In this document: positions 1 to 12,254 of the stretch, one piece after another
Layout: each line of letters begins with the position of its first letter
Numbering within the stretch: the first letter of the stretch is position 1
Source: Vicugna vicugna
Lineage: Eukaryota
Assembly (NCBI GenBank): GCA_013265495.1
Contig: MU058584.1
Span: forward strand, 2,389,599-2,453,598
DNA: 64,000 nucleotides
Direction: 5' to 3'
The notes under the pieces: model-generated
What the model was told of the DNA's origin: nothing
What the model saw: only the letters and a program-made list of their open reading frames with translations
Databases searched by the model: none
Position numbers and translations under genes: made by a program

Positions 1-157
1 TGCCGTGGTTCCCTCTTTATGCTTCCAGGTGCAGAAGGTCTTTTTTGGCTAGGTTCCAGTCTCTTTTTTCGATGGTTGTTCAGCAGTCAGTTGTGGTTTA
101 GTTGCATTCATGACGGGAGGCGAGCTCGTGGTCCTACCACTCGGCCAACCCGACCAG
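1..157 (-). mobile_element. 5' terminus (5'UTR/promoter region) of a LINE-1; the element continues off the left edge of the window
   Basis: Reverse complement reads GGTCGGGTTGGCCGAGTGGTAGGACCACGAGCTCGCCTCCCGTCATGAATGCAACTAAACCACAACTGACTGCTGAACAACCATCGAAAAAAGAGACTGGAACCTA. This aligns with the recalled laurasiatherian L1 5' end (CAAGATGGCGGAGTAGGAAGACCCTGAGCTCACCTCC...AACTAACTGCTGAACAACCATCG...GACTGGAACCTA). Confidence 0.75.
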
Positions 158-2099
158 AAAAAAAGCTTCTGGGGGTGGTTCGTTAAAGCATTTTCTTAGA
201 TCACTTATGAGATTGTTTCTTTAATTACGTGCATGGTTGCCTGTTACATGCTTAGATATATTATTTCGCACATGCCTACAAATTCTTACTGTATAATTGT
301 CACACACAGGAATCCACACTAGTAACCATCTTTCTGCTGCACGTTTTAACAGAGGTGGAATCATTACAGGCTGTCGTAGATGGGAAAATGGGGGGCCCTG
401 GAGCAGTGAGCTTGTTCCGCACAGCCTCCTCCATCGCAAAACCCCCTTGCATGAAGGCTAAAGAGACAGAATTTTACCAAATCCGATTCCATGTAAATCC
501 ACAGCTATCCCGGAATGGAAGAAACAGAAAGACCTTTGAAAGAACCAAAGCCAGTCACCCCAAAATAGTGGTGAAAAATTTGCAGCCCAGAGACACTTGC
601 CTCAAAGGACATGGCTTATTGTCAGAGTTTAGGCTGGCTGGGTCCTCTGGGTAGCAGAGGCTGAGAAGTTAAGGACTGAAAAAGGGTTATTGGAGAGCTC
701 CACCTGTGAAGGGAAAAGGGGAAGGAGGCATGACTGGGCACAGAAGCCAACAAAGGGCAATGCACACCTGAAAAGGGGGGCTCTGGAACCAGGTGAGCCC
801 CATGTTGGGCAGAAATGGCAGACCCTGTACCAGGGCTGTGCTCGTCCCCTGTCTAAGGTGGACCATCAAGGCTCTAACAGTCAGGCACCGCCAGTCAGCC
901 CACTCCGCTGGGCTGGGAGGGAGCCCTTCCTTGCAGGGGGACATGAGTGGTGGCTTCCGTGCCTGCCACACACCCGTGGGGTTCACTCTGGTGGACTCCA
1001 TGTCTCTTCGAGAGCGACACGGCTTCAGTGACTTTATAGTAATGGCAATGCTTATTTTTATTCATGGTAATGTGAGAGTGTTATCTCAGTACATATGTCC
1101 CCAATGCCAAGAACAGAAATATATATATGTATATATACCAAATGGTTTTTCATTAAAATATTTTACAGCCAGCACATGGGCAAGCTACTGGAAATGGCCT
1201 AAGGTGTCTCGAGCGTGGAGGTCAGTGAACTCCAGGCAACCCCTAGAATTTTCCATTAGTGAGTAGTTAGACGAAGTAATAAATAAATTATCATTAAGCA
1301 CTTTGCAAATATAGTGTTATGTAAATGCTAAATAATCATAATAATAGAGTAGTAGGCTGATCCCGATAAACGGGTCGGGCTTCCATGTCATTTAAAATGG
1401 ATGGCGCAGCAGTGTCTGTGAAGATGAATGAGGTCCTTGCCCGCAAAGCTCCGTCCACGCGGTCTCCCTGGCCGGGCGGCTCAGACCCCCACGTGAGTGG
1501 CTGCACTCGGCCCTGGCCTCCCGGGGACAATTAGCGGAGCAGAGGGATTCTGGCCGGCTCTAAGCGGGTAGTAAAAGGCTCCTGTGTAGGGATATTGGAA
1601 GGAGGCTGAGGTGAGCGTGGAGGGATTTGCATTTCTGAGAAGTCAGGAGTAATCTATGAGCAGGGGTGGGGGCAGAGCATGAGCATTTATTGAGTGCGTC
1701 CTGTGACCTAGACTCGGCTCTGTGTTTATTAGCTCCTTTATCCTCCAGGCCAGCACCTTAAGGTAACAGAGGAGCAGAATAAAGCAGAAGGCATGACTAT
1801 TTTTTGTAGAAAAGCAAGAAAGCCCGACCCCATTGGTGTAGCCAGTGATTTGTTTTTTGCATTCTGGGCGGGAGGGGCACCTGGAGGAAGGGAGGGGCCC
1901 CCAGGGAATGAGAGAACGCCTAACCCAATGATTGATCGCAACCCCCGAGGGCTGGGACCTTTCAGGACACACATTCGTATGATGACATCTCTTCCTCCTT
2001 TGGGGTACACTCAGAATGACTGCTCCTCCTCGTCCCCCAGCTGTGGACCTGACGCCACCTGGACAGCAAAGTCCAGTACAGCCTCACTCATACCTTCCA

Positions 2100-2340
2100 C
2101 ACACCTTCACATCATTCAGCAGATACTGATACAGGGTTACCAGGAGCCAAACATTCCACCAAGGGGCATACGCACATGACTGCATTTAAATCTCCCAGCA
2201 GCACTGCCAGGATTTATCTGTCGCCTTTAAGTTCTCACCTTAAGTGAGAGCACTAAGATTTTGCCAAGTAACTTGCCAAAAGTCACACTAATTCAAGGGG
2301 GAGGAGGAGAGAACCAGCAAAGCCTGGGCTTTTAACTCTG
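2100..2340 (-). mobile_element. Degenerate MIR SINE
   Basis: AAGTAACTTGCCAAAAGTCACAC core motif and a weak match to the MIR tail; heavily decayed. Confidence 0.4.
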
Positions 2341-2491
2341 TAGAATCTTGTTAAACCACCTGTAAACCCAGAGGTCCTGATACTTGAGGATATGTTTATT
2401 TTTTGCTCAACACTGGGCTATGTTCTTAATAATGATTAATTGCCCTTTGTTTAATGTGTCACATTTGGAGGGTATAAAAGTAGCTTGTGGG

Positions 2492-2840
2492 TTTTTTTTT
2501 AATTTTTAAGTAGCTTTATCGAACAAACATAATTGACAAACAATAAACTGCACGTATTTGAAGTACACAATTTGGTTAGTTTGGACACAGATCTGTACCA
2601 GTGATGCCACCACCACCGTCAAGATAATAAATATATCCATCACCTCCAGAAGTCTTCTTTGCAGCCCATCCCTCCCACCCCTCCTCACCTAATTCCCTCT
2701 CCAAGCAACCACTGATCTGTTTTTCGTCACTATAATTGGCTTGCATTTTCTAGAGTTTCATATAAATGGAATCACTTAGTATATACTTCTGTTGGTCTGA
2801 CTTCTTTCACTCAGCATAGTTATTTAGTGATTCATCCAAG
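2492..2840 (-). mobile_element. Old L1M (L1MB/L1MC-type) 3' end
   Basis: T-rich tail, then CAATAAACTGCAC, CCATCACCTCCAGAAG, GCAACCACTGATCTG and TTTCATATAAATGGAATCA...CTTCTTTCACTCAGCATA, typical of an antisense L1M 3'UTR. Confidence 0.85.
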
Positions 2841-2919
2841 CGTTTTCTTTTTCTTTGTTTTATTTACAGAGACATAAGGACTTTGAATAACAAGTATCTA
2901 TTTTATTTAATTTTACCTT

Positions 2920-3123
2920 TGGACTCAGTCCAGAGTTCAAATTCTAATTCTGTCACTTACTACCTGCATGCCAAGTGGTAGGTTTCTTAACCTCTCCAAG
3001 GCTTAGTTTCCTCATCTGTGAAATGGGTATAGTGAGAGCTACAACATAGAGTTGGTGAGAGGATTCGATGAGGCAATATTGGTAAAATGGATAGCACAGA
3101 ATCCGTTTCTGGTAAGCACTTAA
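2920..3123 (+). mobile_element. MIR SINE
   Basis: GTTCAAATTCT..TCTGTCACTTACT, TTCTTAACCTCTC and AGTTTCCTCATCTGTGAAATGGG core. Confidence 0.85.
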
Positions 3124-3214
3124 ATTCGCAATTAAAATTAAAATTTTAAATGATTAAAACATTTTTAAAATCAAAATTCCTTTGATGGCCTTAGGTCCTC
3201 ATTGTCAAGTAATA

Positions 3215-3432
3215 TAATCATAGCTGGCATGTCACGTGCTGGGTAGGATGCTAAGTGTGGCATGTGAATTAGCTCTTTAAATTTTCACAGAAAGCCTATG
3301 AAGTATGTGGGCGCATCATCACCACCGCTTAGAGATGAGGAGACTGAGAGAGAGAGAGATGCTCATTACCCGTTCTCCCAGATAGGAGGTGCTGGATCAG
3401 AATGTGAACCAAGGCTGTCTGGCTTGAGACCC
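3215..3432 (-). mobile_element. MIR SINE, tail-to-tail with the preceding MIR
   Basis: AGAGATGAGGAGACTGAG core and TGTGAACCAAGGCTGTCTGGCT antisense head. Confidence 0.7.
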
Positions 3433-4094
3433 CTTTTTTGAGTTGGCTATATTTCCATATGCAATGAGTGCATCCATCACACTAGGGTTCATGCCCTAGA
3501 GAAAAAAAAAATAGACATGAAGACCATCTCAGTAACTAAGTAAAAGAGAAAAAGCTAATAAAATGAAAAAAAAAATGTTGTTGGGACACCAATTATTATT
3601 AAGGGCTACCGGATACTTCAGATGTATTATAGGCACGTGCTTGTAATCTGAAATTATAAAGAGTAATCCTCACCTAATTCTCGGTTTAACAGTAAATGTG
3701 TCAAAGACAAGAAGAATATGTAAATATGTAAAGAAGAAGAAGTCTAAGGCAGCTCACCAGTTTGGTCCCTACCGGAAAAAATGAAAAAGGATTCTGCCTT
3801 TACTGGAAACACTGGAGAAACTGCTGAGTGCTGAGTGTTCTATTTTTCAGCCTTAGGTTTTAGAGTAAGGTGGGGTGCCCGGAGGTACCGGAAGTCAGGC
3901 CCATCACTGCAGTTGCACGGTCCCAGCTGAGCAGGCTCTACTCCCCCCGAGTTGGGGACTGTCAGTTTACAGCCTATTGGAATTGCTGTTATCATTGAAT
4001 AGAGAAACGCAGTTACCTCTTCAGTTGTCTTAAGCACAGTAACTGGTATTCACTAAAGATCTGGAATTTGGCAGAACAGAGCGAGGGATTTTCA

Positions 4095-5322
4095 TTTTAA
4101 TTCAGTTCAGATTAATAAACATTTCTTGTTTGCCTGATGTGCACAGACTCTGCCTTTGAGAACCCTCCCACACTGTTGGTGGGAATGTAGTTTGGTGCAG
4201 CCACTATGGAAAAGAGTATGGAGATATCTTAAAAAACTAAAAACTGAGTTGCCATATGATCCAGCAATCCCACTCCTGGGCGTATATCCAGAGGGAACTC
4301 TAATTCGAAAAGATACATACACCCCAATGTTCATAGCAGCACTATTTACAATAGCCAAGACATGGAAGCAACCTAAATGTCCATTGACAGATGACTGGAT
4401 AAAGAAGTTATGGTATGTGTGTGTGTGTGTGTGCATATATATAATATATACAATGTAATATTACTCAGCCATAAAAAAGAATGAAATAATGCCATTTGTA
4501 GCAACATGGATGGATCTAGAAATGATCATACTAAGTGAAGTAAGCCAGAGAAAGACACATATCATATTACTTATATATGGAATCTTAAAAAATGACACAA
4601 ATAAACTTATTTACAAAACAGAAACAGACTCACAGACATAGAAACAAACTTATGATTACCAAAGGGGAAAGGTGGGGAGATAAATTAGGAGTTTAGGATG
4701 AGCAGATACAAACTACTATACATAAAATAGATAAAGTCCTACTGTACAGCACAGGGAACTATATTCAATAGCTTGTAATAACCTACAATGAAAAAGAACA
4801 CGTGTGTGTATAACTGAATCCCTAGGCTGCACACCAGAAACTAACACAACACTGTAAATCCACTGTACTTCAATTTAAACAACAACAAAAAATCTCTGCC
4901 TTTGAGAAACTTCTGTTTGTGGGTGACAGAAGATGAAAGATACAAATAAAATAATTTCAGTGGTAAAAGAAAGACCTGAATTAAAGGGATATCTAGAAGG
5001 CAAAATCGACAAACTCACTTAGAAGTAGGCATGAAGGAAAGGTTGGGGTTCTGGTTGGAAAATGTGAGCCACTCAAAAAGACAGAAAATTAAGACAAGCA
5101 GACTTTGCAAACTGGGTGATGAGGGCAGTTTGGGGCATCTTGGATTGAGGTATAATTGGAGATCCAGGTGGAAACCCCCAGTAGGCAGTTATGTTTCTAG
5201 ATACTAAGCTCAGGGGTGAGGCTGAGGTTGAAGATAATGGCTCGTGATTTGTCAGCATAAAAGATGTAGTGGAAGCCATGGGGATGGATGAGGTCTCCCC
5301 AGGGGAGTGTGTGGAGTGAGAG
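4095..5322 (-). mobile_element. L2 LINE, interrupted by the L1 at 4163-4892
   Basis: L2 tail-like TTCAGATTAATAAACATTTCTTG on the left. On the right, ATCCAGGTGGAAACCCCCAGTAGGCAGTT...GTAGTGGAAGCCATGGGGATGGATGAGGTCTCCCCAGGGGAGTGTGTGGAGTGAGA matches antisense L2. Confidence 0.75.
4163..4892 (+). mobile_element. 5'-truncated lineage-specific L1 (ORF2 C-terminus, 3'UTR and A-rich tail) with a 15-bp TSD
   Basis: ORF 4156-4458 encodes [54 protein letters not shown] (L1 ORF2 C-terminal region). A perfect direct repeat CTCTGCCTTTGAGAA lies at 4148-4162 and 4894-4908. Confidence 0.97.
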
Positions 5323-5829
5323 TAAATGGTCAATACAAAATCATGATGGTTAAAAATGGGTTCGACCAAATACCAATATCAGAAAGCATATTAAAGCTTT
5401 GGGAATGGACAATATTATCATATAGATCTTTCCTGTTCCTGACTTTTTCAAATCCATTCATTTCAGGCATATACCATTTGTTCCCTGTGAATAGATGCAA
5501 ATTATAATTCAATGTGTAATTCAAAGTATCCTATTGAAAGGCAGTACTTAAAAAGAAAAAGGACCCCCCAAAGCAAACACAAAAGCCTGCTCTGCATGTG
5601 GCCCTTCACCTACTCGCACTGGGAGACCTTGGGGTGGGGGATGTAAGTGAGATCGAATAGCTCTTTTGTGAATATAAATCTGATATAAACAGTGGTGTCT
5701 TTGTGACAAGGATGGAGAAATTTAAGATTCCGAACTGAAAAGAAAGCTTACGGTATGTAGTTAGTCGTGTGCTGACCTCCTCACACCTTTAACTATGTCT
5801 CCGTATCTCTTCACACTCCGGTTTCTCTA

Positions 5830-5940
5830 TCATTCCATTGACAAACACATGTTGAGCCTCTTCTCCAGGTAGGCACATGTCAAATGCTAGGAGCACAGGG
5901 AGGAACAGTATTTGGTTCTTGCCCTTGAGAAACAGAATAC
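5830..5940 (-). mobile_element. L2 3' end fragment
   Basis: CATTCCATTGACAAACACATGTTGAGC...TGCTAGGAGCACAGGGAGGAACA...GGTTCTTGCCCTTGAGAA. Confidence 0.6.
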
Positions 5941-6957
5941 ACTCGCAGGAGTTTTCTAATTACCAAAACGTTTCCCATTGGCATGGTCCTTTATATCTGT
6001 CCAAGAAATCTCCTCTTCATCATAGTGATGGAGTTCTACGACTCGTCTGTCAATCACGATTATTATTCATATCACGTATATGTGATATTAAGCATATACT
6101 ATGTACATATACTGCAGATGATTATTACGCACTGGCAGCTGAGGCACAGGGGTGCAGTGACTTGGGGAAGGTCAGTCCGTGGCTGCGACCCAGATCTTTT
6201 GGCCAAGTGTTGTTCTGCTACGGGGAATGTTTATCCCCCGGCACGCTCACCCTGGGCACCTTGCCTTTGCAATGTCCTGGTTGGCTATTTTATCTCTTTC
6301 AGCGGACAAATTGGACAGGCCCTTGGGGAATACGGACTCAAGAATAACTTGTCTTTGGTCAAGTGCTAAGTCCCACAGGTGTAGGACGGACCTTGGAGGA
6401 GCCACTAGCCCTCTCACAGCCCCGCCTCAAAACCCCTACTGTTTGTCTGGAGGGAAGTATGCTTATCAGTTCTGTATGTACCAGGGAGCAGCTAGCAAAA
6501 CCAAATTAGCTCAAACTGGCTGCCGTTCAGGTCAGCTAATTAAATTAGCTATTGTTGCGTTACTGATAAGGACAGTTTGGAAAAGGAAAAAAGCCACTCA
6601 TCCCAGCAGCCATAAGGCTAATGCCAAGAAAATGTGTTAATGGGAACACTCTGAATGGAAACCCCTCTGACTAGCAGCAGTACCTAGGGCTCTTCGGTGG
6701 ACTGTTCTCCTAGCCATCTGCTCTGCGCTCAATGCTCCCAGCCCTCTCTGGCTCTGATCCTTGTGGCCACAGCCGCTCTGCATCTTCCTGGTACCCAGCT
6801 GCAGCCAGGGCAACAGTTTCCTTTTCCCACTATGAACTCATCTTCCTGGGAGTTTTGAGAGACATGGGAAGTTTTCTGGGAGAAAACTGCTTGCCCTTGT
6901 GGATTAAAATCTAATCTCCCCATAGCATAAAAGCCAGTTGATATTTGCAACAAAGCC

Positions 6958-7145
6958 AGAAAGCAAGAAAGCAAGAAAGCAAGAAAGCAAGAAAGCAAGA
7001 AAGGAAGGAAGAAAGGAAGGAAGGAAGGAAGGAAGAAAGAAAGAAAGAAAGAAAGAAAGGAAGGAAGAAAGGAAGAAAGAAAGAGAGAGAGAGAGAAAGA
7101 GAGAAAGAGAGAAGGAAGAGAAGGAAGAGAGTGGGGAGAGGAAGC
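6958..7145 (+). repeat. Compound purine-rich microsatellite: (AGAAAGCA)5 followed by (GGAA)n/(GAAA)n/(GA)n
   Basis: Read directly. Purine-only on + from 6997 to 7131. It explains the low-complexity ORFs at 6729-7231. Confidence 0.98.
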
Positions 7146-7614
7146 AAATGGCTAGGAAGTTCCTAAAAGACTACATTTTTTCTTTTCAGTGTCAGTTGCT
7201 TTGCTTGGTAATAGCCTCTCCACCATTATGAGCAGCCTCGTTGAGGCTGTAATTAAGTTGGCTGCTACCTTCTGGTTGAGATGGGCACACATGGACTTGC
7301 TCTACGCCAACTGGCCTCTGTCCTAGGACTCCGGGTCTTGAGTAGACAGAAAACAGGAGAAAGTGTTATGTGTTCACTCATTTTAGCAGCAGTCCTTTGA
7401 TGAGGACTTCCCCCCTACCCTGTACCCCCTCCTCCCTCAGCCTCCACCCTCCTCAACTCCACCCACCAAGTTGTCCTGGTTCCATTTTTTTCCCCCCGAG
7501 ACTAATCATCCAGGTGTCTTTAAGTGCTGTGAGCCAACTGCTATCTTTCTGATTTGTTCCTTTTCTGCTTAGATTAACCGATCTGTTTCATGCAATCCAA
7601 ATGATTGTTTAGTC

Positions 7615-7728
7615 CAACCCCTTTCTTTGACAGAGGAGGCTGAGGACCAGAGATATTAAGTGATTTCCTCAGAATCACACAGATAATACTTGGCAGATTG
7701 AGCCTAGATCCCAGGTCCCTCACTCCAT
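7615..7728 (-). mobile_element. MIR core fragment
   Basis: TGACAGAGGAGGCTGAGGACCAGAGATATTAAGTGATTTCCTCAGAATCACACAG. Confidence 0.7.
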
Positions 7729-7879
7729 GAGATGCTGCTGCATGAATACATCTCTGGAGAAAGTGAAGGCAACTCTGCGAACTGCCTGCGAGTCTAGGGG
7801 GAGAAATCCTCAATGGTTTCCCTCATCTTCATGACTCCTTTTTCTTTCTTTTGTGTCTGTGTGTCTGTGTGTGTGCATA

Positions 7880-8504
7880 TTTTCTCAAACTGAGGTGAAA
7901 TTCACATATCATACTATTAACCATTTTAAAATATACAACTCAGTGATATTTTGAATATTCAACAATATTGTACAACAAGCATCTCTCTCGAGTTTCAGAA
8001 TGTTTTCATCATCCCTCAAAAACATCCCTACCCATTAAATAATCATGTCCCGCTCCTCCCTCCCTATCACCTGGTACCTTTTGTTCTGCTTTCTGTCTCT
8101 GTGGATTTGCCTATTACGGATATGGCATATAAATGGAATCATATAATAGGTGAAGTTTTTTTGTTTGGCTTCTTTCAATCAGTATAATGTTTTCAAAGTT
8201 CACCTATGTCGTAGCAGGTATCAGTACTTTGTTCCTTTTCATGGCTGAATAATATTCCATTATGTGGCTATACCACATTTTATTTATCCATTCATCTATC
8301 ATTGAGATTTTGAGTTGTTTCTACCTTTTGGCTATTATTATGATGTTGCATGAACATTCATGTGTAAGTAAGTTTCTGTGTGGATGTGCGTTCACTTCTC
8401 TTGGAAAAATACTGAGACTAGAACTGCTGGGTCATAAGGTAGCTCTACATTTAATTTCTGGAGAAACTGCCTAATTGTTTTCCACAGCACCTTTCTACCA
8501 GCAA
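7880..8504 (-). mobile_element. Old L1MB-type 3' end with ORF2 tail
   Basis: TGAGGTGAAATTCACATA..TTAACCATTTTAAA, TGTCTCTGTGGATTTGCCTATT, TTCATGGCTGAATAATATTCCATT and AGAACTGCTGGGTCATAAGGTA. Confidence 0.9.
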
Positions 8505-10714
8505 TTCTTTTTGGACTGCACCTTCCTAGACTTTGTCCAGTTTGCCTCTGTGGCCCATTCAGTGGCTTGCATCTTGTAGGTATAACAATGGGAGAAACAT
8601 TAATAACTGTAATAGGAGCCACCAAAAAGAGAATGATCTTTTTGGAGAAAAAGAAGTGTGAATTTTGCTGTGTCAGCATGATAAGGTGGGTGTGAAGACA
8701 TAAGAGGAAGAGTGATGCTCCTCTTTGTCATACGGGGAGATGAATTTGGAGCACTCAAGGAACAGAAAGGAAAGAAAGAAAGGTAGAAAGAAGAGGGAGG
8801 AAAAAGGGAGCCTAGAAAAAAGGGAGCAGAAAGTTGAGTACTGGGTACTGGGTAATGAGATTGCTCCCACCCCAGAATTCTTCTGTAAAATATACTCTCA
8901 ATTACACACACACACACATTTTTCTGTCTTGATGTTGGTGGTCGTTGCTAATTCTCAAGAGGGGGTTAAATTTCACATTGGGCATGAAGTGGTCTGAGAC
9001 AGAAGCAGAATTCAAGGAGTTTCTCAAGGTGCAGACACAGACAAAGGTAGACACCCCTCCTCTCTGTCATACCTCACTTACTCCCACCTTGAATTAGCAG
9101 AAATTTGGGGAAGGTATCACCCATATTCAAGCTGTGGAATTTCCCTCCTTCAGAAGAGGTCGAGATGACTCCTTTTTCTTTTGATTTGTCAGATTTTTGT
9201 TTCAGTTTTTTTTTTAAAGTCCTGGGTTAATATTCTCCCTAAGAAAACAAGTGAAATAGAAACCTATCATTGAAATTGCCCACGTATAAGTTCTTACATG
9301 TGCACTGTCTGTCTCTCACTATACAAAGTGAAAACTTCACAGTTCAAGTTTATTCTTAAGCCCTCAGTACCAATAGCTAGAGTATTTTCTGCTGAACCAA
9401 TGAATATTGTAAATGAGGAAACCAGTAATAGCAAGGAGAGGACCACGGTGCTTACTTTAAAGGGCAGCCTGTAATTATAGTTGGAAAAATATGATATAGG
9501 CTGGGTTCTGCTGTGATGTGATATGTACTTACTTTCAATTTAGAAGTAAATTCTCTAAGTCTCTGCTTCTTCATCTGCAGACAGGAATGTTTAACTCTCC
9601 TCTCCCTTAAGCTCCATCATTCTAAGCTACTTGGAGAATTATCAAAGCTAGTGAAATAGATGAGAAATTACAGAAGTTAGTGATTTGGGTATCATTTAAT
9701 GGAATAATTGAAAGGAAAACCTTCCAAGCCTTTAAGATAAAAATACAAGGAAAAGCCTTGCTAGAGAATCTGTTCTAAGGGACTTTGGTGTGAAAAACCA
9801 AGTTCTCTATCACCGCTCATTTTGAGGGGTATTAAGGGAGACTGAGGCCACTGCTCTTCAGGTGCAGGGCTCTAATTCCATGAGAACCAGTCCCACCTAC
9901 AAGATGTCGTTGAGAAGATGTTATTAGTGCTTCTGACCCAGGAGAAATCTGGCTTTCAAGAATGTCAATTCAATCAATTGTCCTATTGGGAATTTAATGG
10001 AAAGAAGTGCCTAGCCCTGGGCAAAAGGGTAATTTCACTGCATCCAGTAAAGTGAATATAATGCTTGCTTCATATCTTCCTTTATAGTCTTGTAAAATAA
10101 TACAAAATCATTACAAAATATGTAAAATTGGAGGCATTTCTTCATAATTTTATCACCCTAACATAACAATGCTTGTCTTCCATTATTCTCTTTTAATCTG
10201 GGTTCCTATATATGTGTATGATGAATGTTTTGGCAATGTATTGATAGATCGATTTATTTTTAAAAGTTGGTCTACCTGAAGTTGACCAATAGATGAGTCT
10301 ATGGATTAGAATTACTGGGTCTTTTCCCAACTTTGCTATCCTTTCTCTTTCTCTCCTCTTGGTCCCCCAGCCACAGAATGGGGACACTGACACTCTTCCC
10401 TGCCCCCATAGTGACTGGGGGTGAAGCATCATGTCTGTGAGGTCTTCTCAATTATTCAGTACAAGTACAAATTAATATTAGATATATTACTAAATTTTGA
10501 TTAAGAAAACTTTTCTCTAAAAAATCTGTGTTAAGCTTGGGTTCTGTATATGATTCACTAAAAGAGAAGACAGTTCTATTACGTGCCCTTTCAACCTCCA
10601 TCGACCCTTCATACCAAGGTCAGGAGAGGTGGCGCCTTATCAGTCCTTTCTAACTGGAGGCAGAAAAATGAGATGTAGGGGAAAACCGGGGGACTCAAGT
10701 GAACAGCATGTCGA

Positions 10715-10856
10715 TGTAAGTCCTGGGTTTGCAATTTATCAGCTGTATAATGTCAAGCAAGTTACTTCGTATTATCTGGATCAGTTGCTTCCTCTGTAAA
10801 ACATGGATAATAATAATTATTTCACAGGGTTGTTATGAGGATTAAACAAGCTAATG
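10715..10856 (+). mobile_element. MIR SINE
   Basis: GCAAGTTACTT..CAGTTGCTTCCTCTGTAAAA..ACAGGGTTGTTATGAGGATTAAA. Confidence 0.8.
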
Positions 10857-11689
10857 AAGGGGAAGGGCAACCCAAATGATTCACTTTTTCTGTCTTAAAA
10901 AAGAAATTATGAACAGGTGACTCTAACTGAACGATTCCCAGTATTTGTCATAGAGAACTTTTTTCTCCATATTATATGAATGAAAAAGTAACCTCAATTT
11001 TTGATGGCTGTTGAGCCGTTTCCCGAATCATCGAGGGCCAGGCCTTCTCCGTCTCCTCTTTTCAGCTGGTTAGCTGCTTATTGAGATCTTGCCAGAGGGC
11101 GGGCAAAAGAAATAAAAACGGAAATCGGTCCATTTGACTCTTTGATAGTGGTCCTGATGAGAAATGTGTGGGGAGAGGGTGTGAAAGCTGTGAGTCAAAC
11201 TGGAATTCTGCTTCTCACCAGGAAATGGCAAGAACCTACTGATGTTTGGATGCCCTCGTGATGACAGCTCCTCCTCCTCCCTTGACTGAAGAAGTGTCTT
11301 CCTCTGCCTAAAAAGGGGTCTCTCTTCCAGAATGGAGCATACTGACTTGCGGAGGAGCAACAGGATACCTGCCCGCCAGTCTCATCGGCCAAAACAGCTC
11401 TGGTGAGCAGTGGGTTCGCGGATGTTGTAACTAGATGACCGTTGACTGTTGCCTCAACTGAGTCCCAAAGCAATAATCACTCTTCTTTCTCTTCCCCACG
11501 AACCCAGCAATTAAATGATCACTTGTAAGCGTTCACTATGTACCACCATCTAATATAAAATATGGTGAGGACCTGCGTATATAAGACAGCTTCTCAACCC
11601 TCAATAAAATTATAATACATTAAGAAAGCAAGAGTTGTGCATGTGCAAATACAGCTAACTACAAAGGGGAGAAGGCAGTGAACACGTTT

Positions 11690-11915
11690 AGAGCCTCTCC
11701 CGTATTCCAGTCACTGTGCCAGGTGCTGTACATACATGATTTTATCTAATCCCCACCGCATCCCTGACACACATTTCTATTCTTGATCCTTGAGTGGTGA
11801 TGCTGGGAGTCAGAGATGCTCAGTAAGTTGCCCAAGATCACGCAGTGAGAAAAGTGTGGAGCCTGCTTTCAAGGTTAAAAGGATCTAACTTTGTGGTTCA
11901 TGCTCTGTTACCCAC
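11690..11915 (-). mobile_element. MIR SINE
   Basis: CACTGTGCCAGGTGCTGTACATACATGATTTTATCTAATCC and AAGTTGCCCAAGATCACGCAG. Confidence 0.7.
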
Positions 11916-12254
11916 TGCCAATGAGAGGAATCAGAGCTTGAGACATGTATGCCACTGGGTCAAGATAAGACTCTTTAAAATACCTCTCAGTAAAACCCAT
12001 TGACCAAGTTTGCCCCAAGTCTGTTCATTGGTTTGGGAAAGACTTCTGGCTGAAGAATCCACGTCTGGATTCTAGGGGCAGGGAGGGTGGAGAGGAAATG
12101 ACAGCCCTCTGGTCTCAGCTCAGCCATCATCCACATGCGTTCATCTCAGCAAGTTGCTTCCCTTTTGCATGCTTTTGTGTCATCACCTGTACAGCATTTC
12201 TAGATTGTCCATCACTGGGCAGGTGGATCACGTACCAGCCCTAATGTCAAGAAG

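Noticed and set aside
6729..7231. K/E/R-rich and F/L/S-rich ORFs
   Set aside because: Translations of the purine microsatellite.
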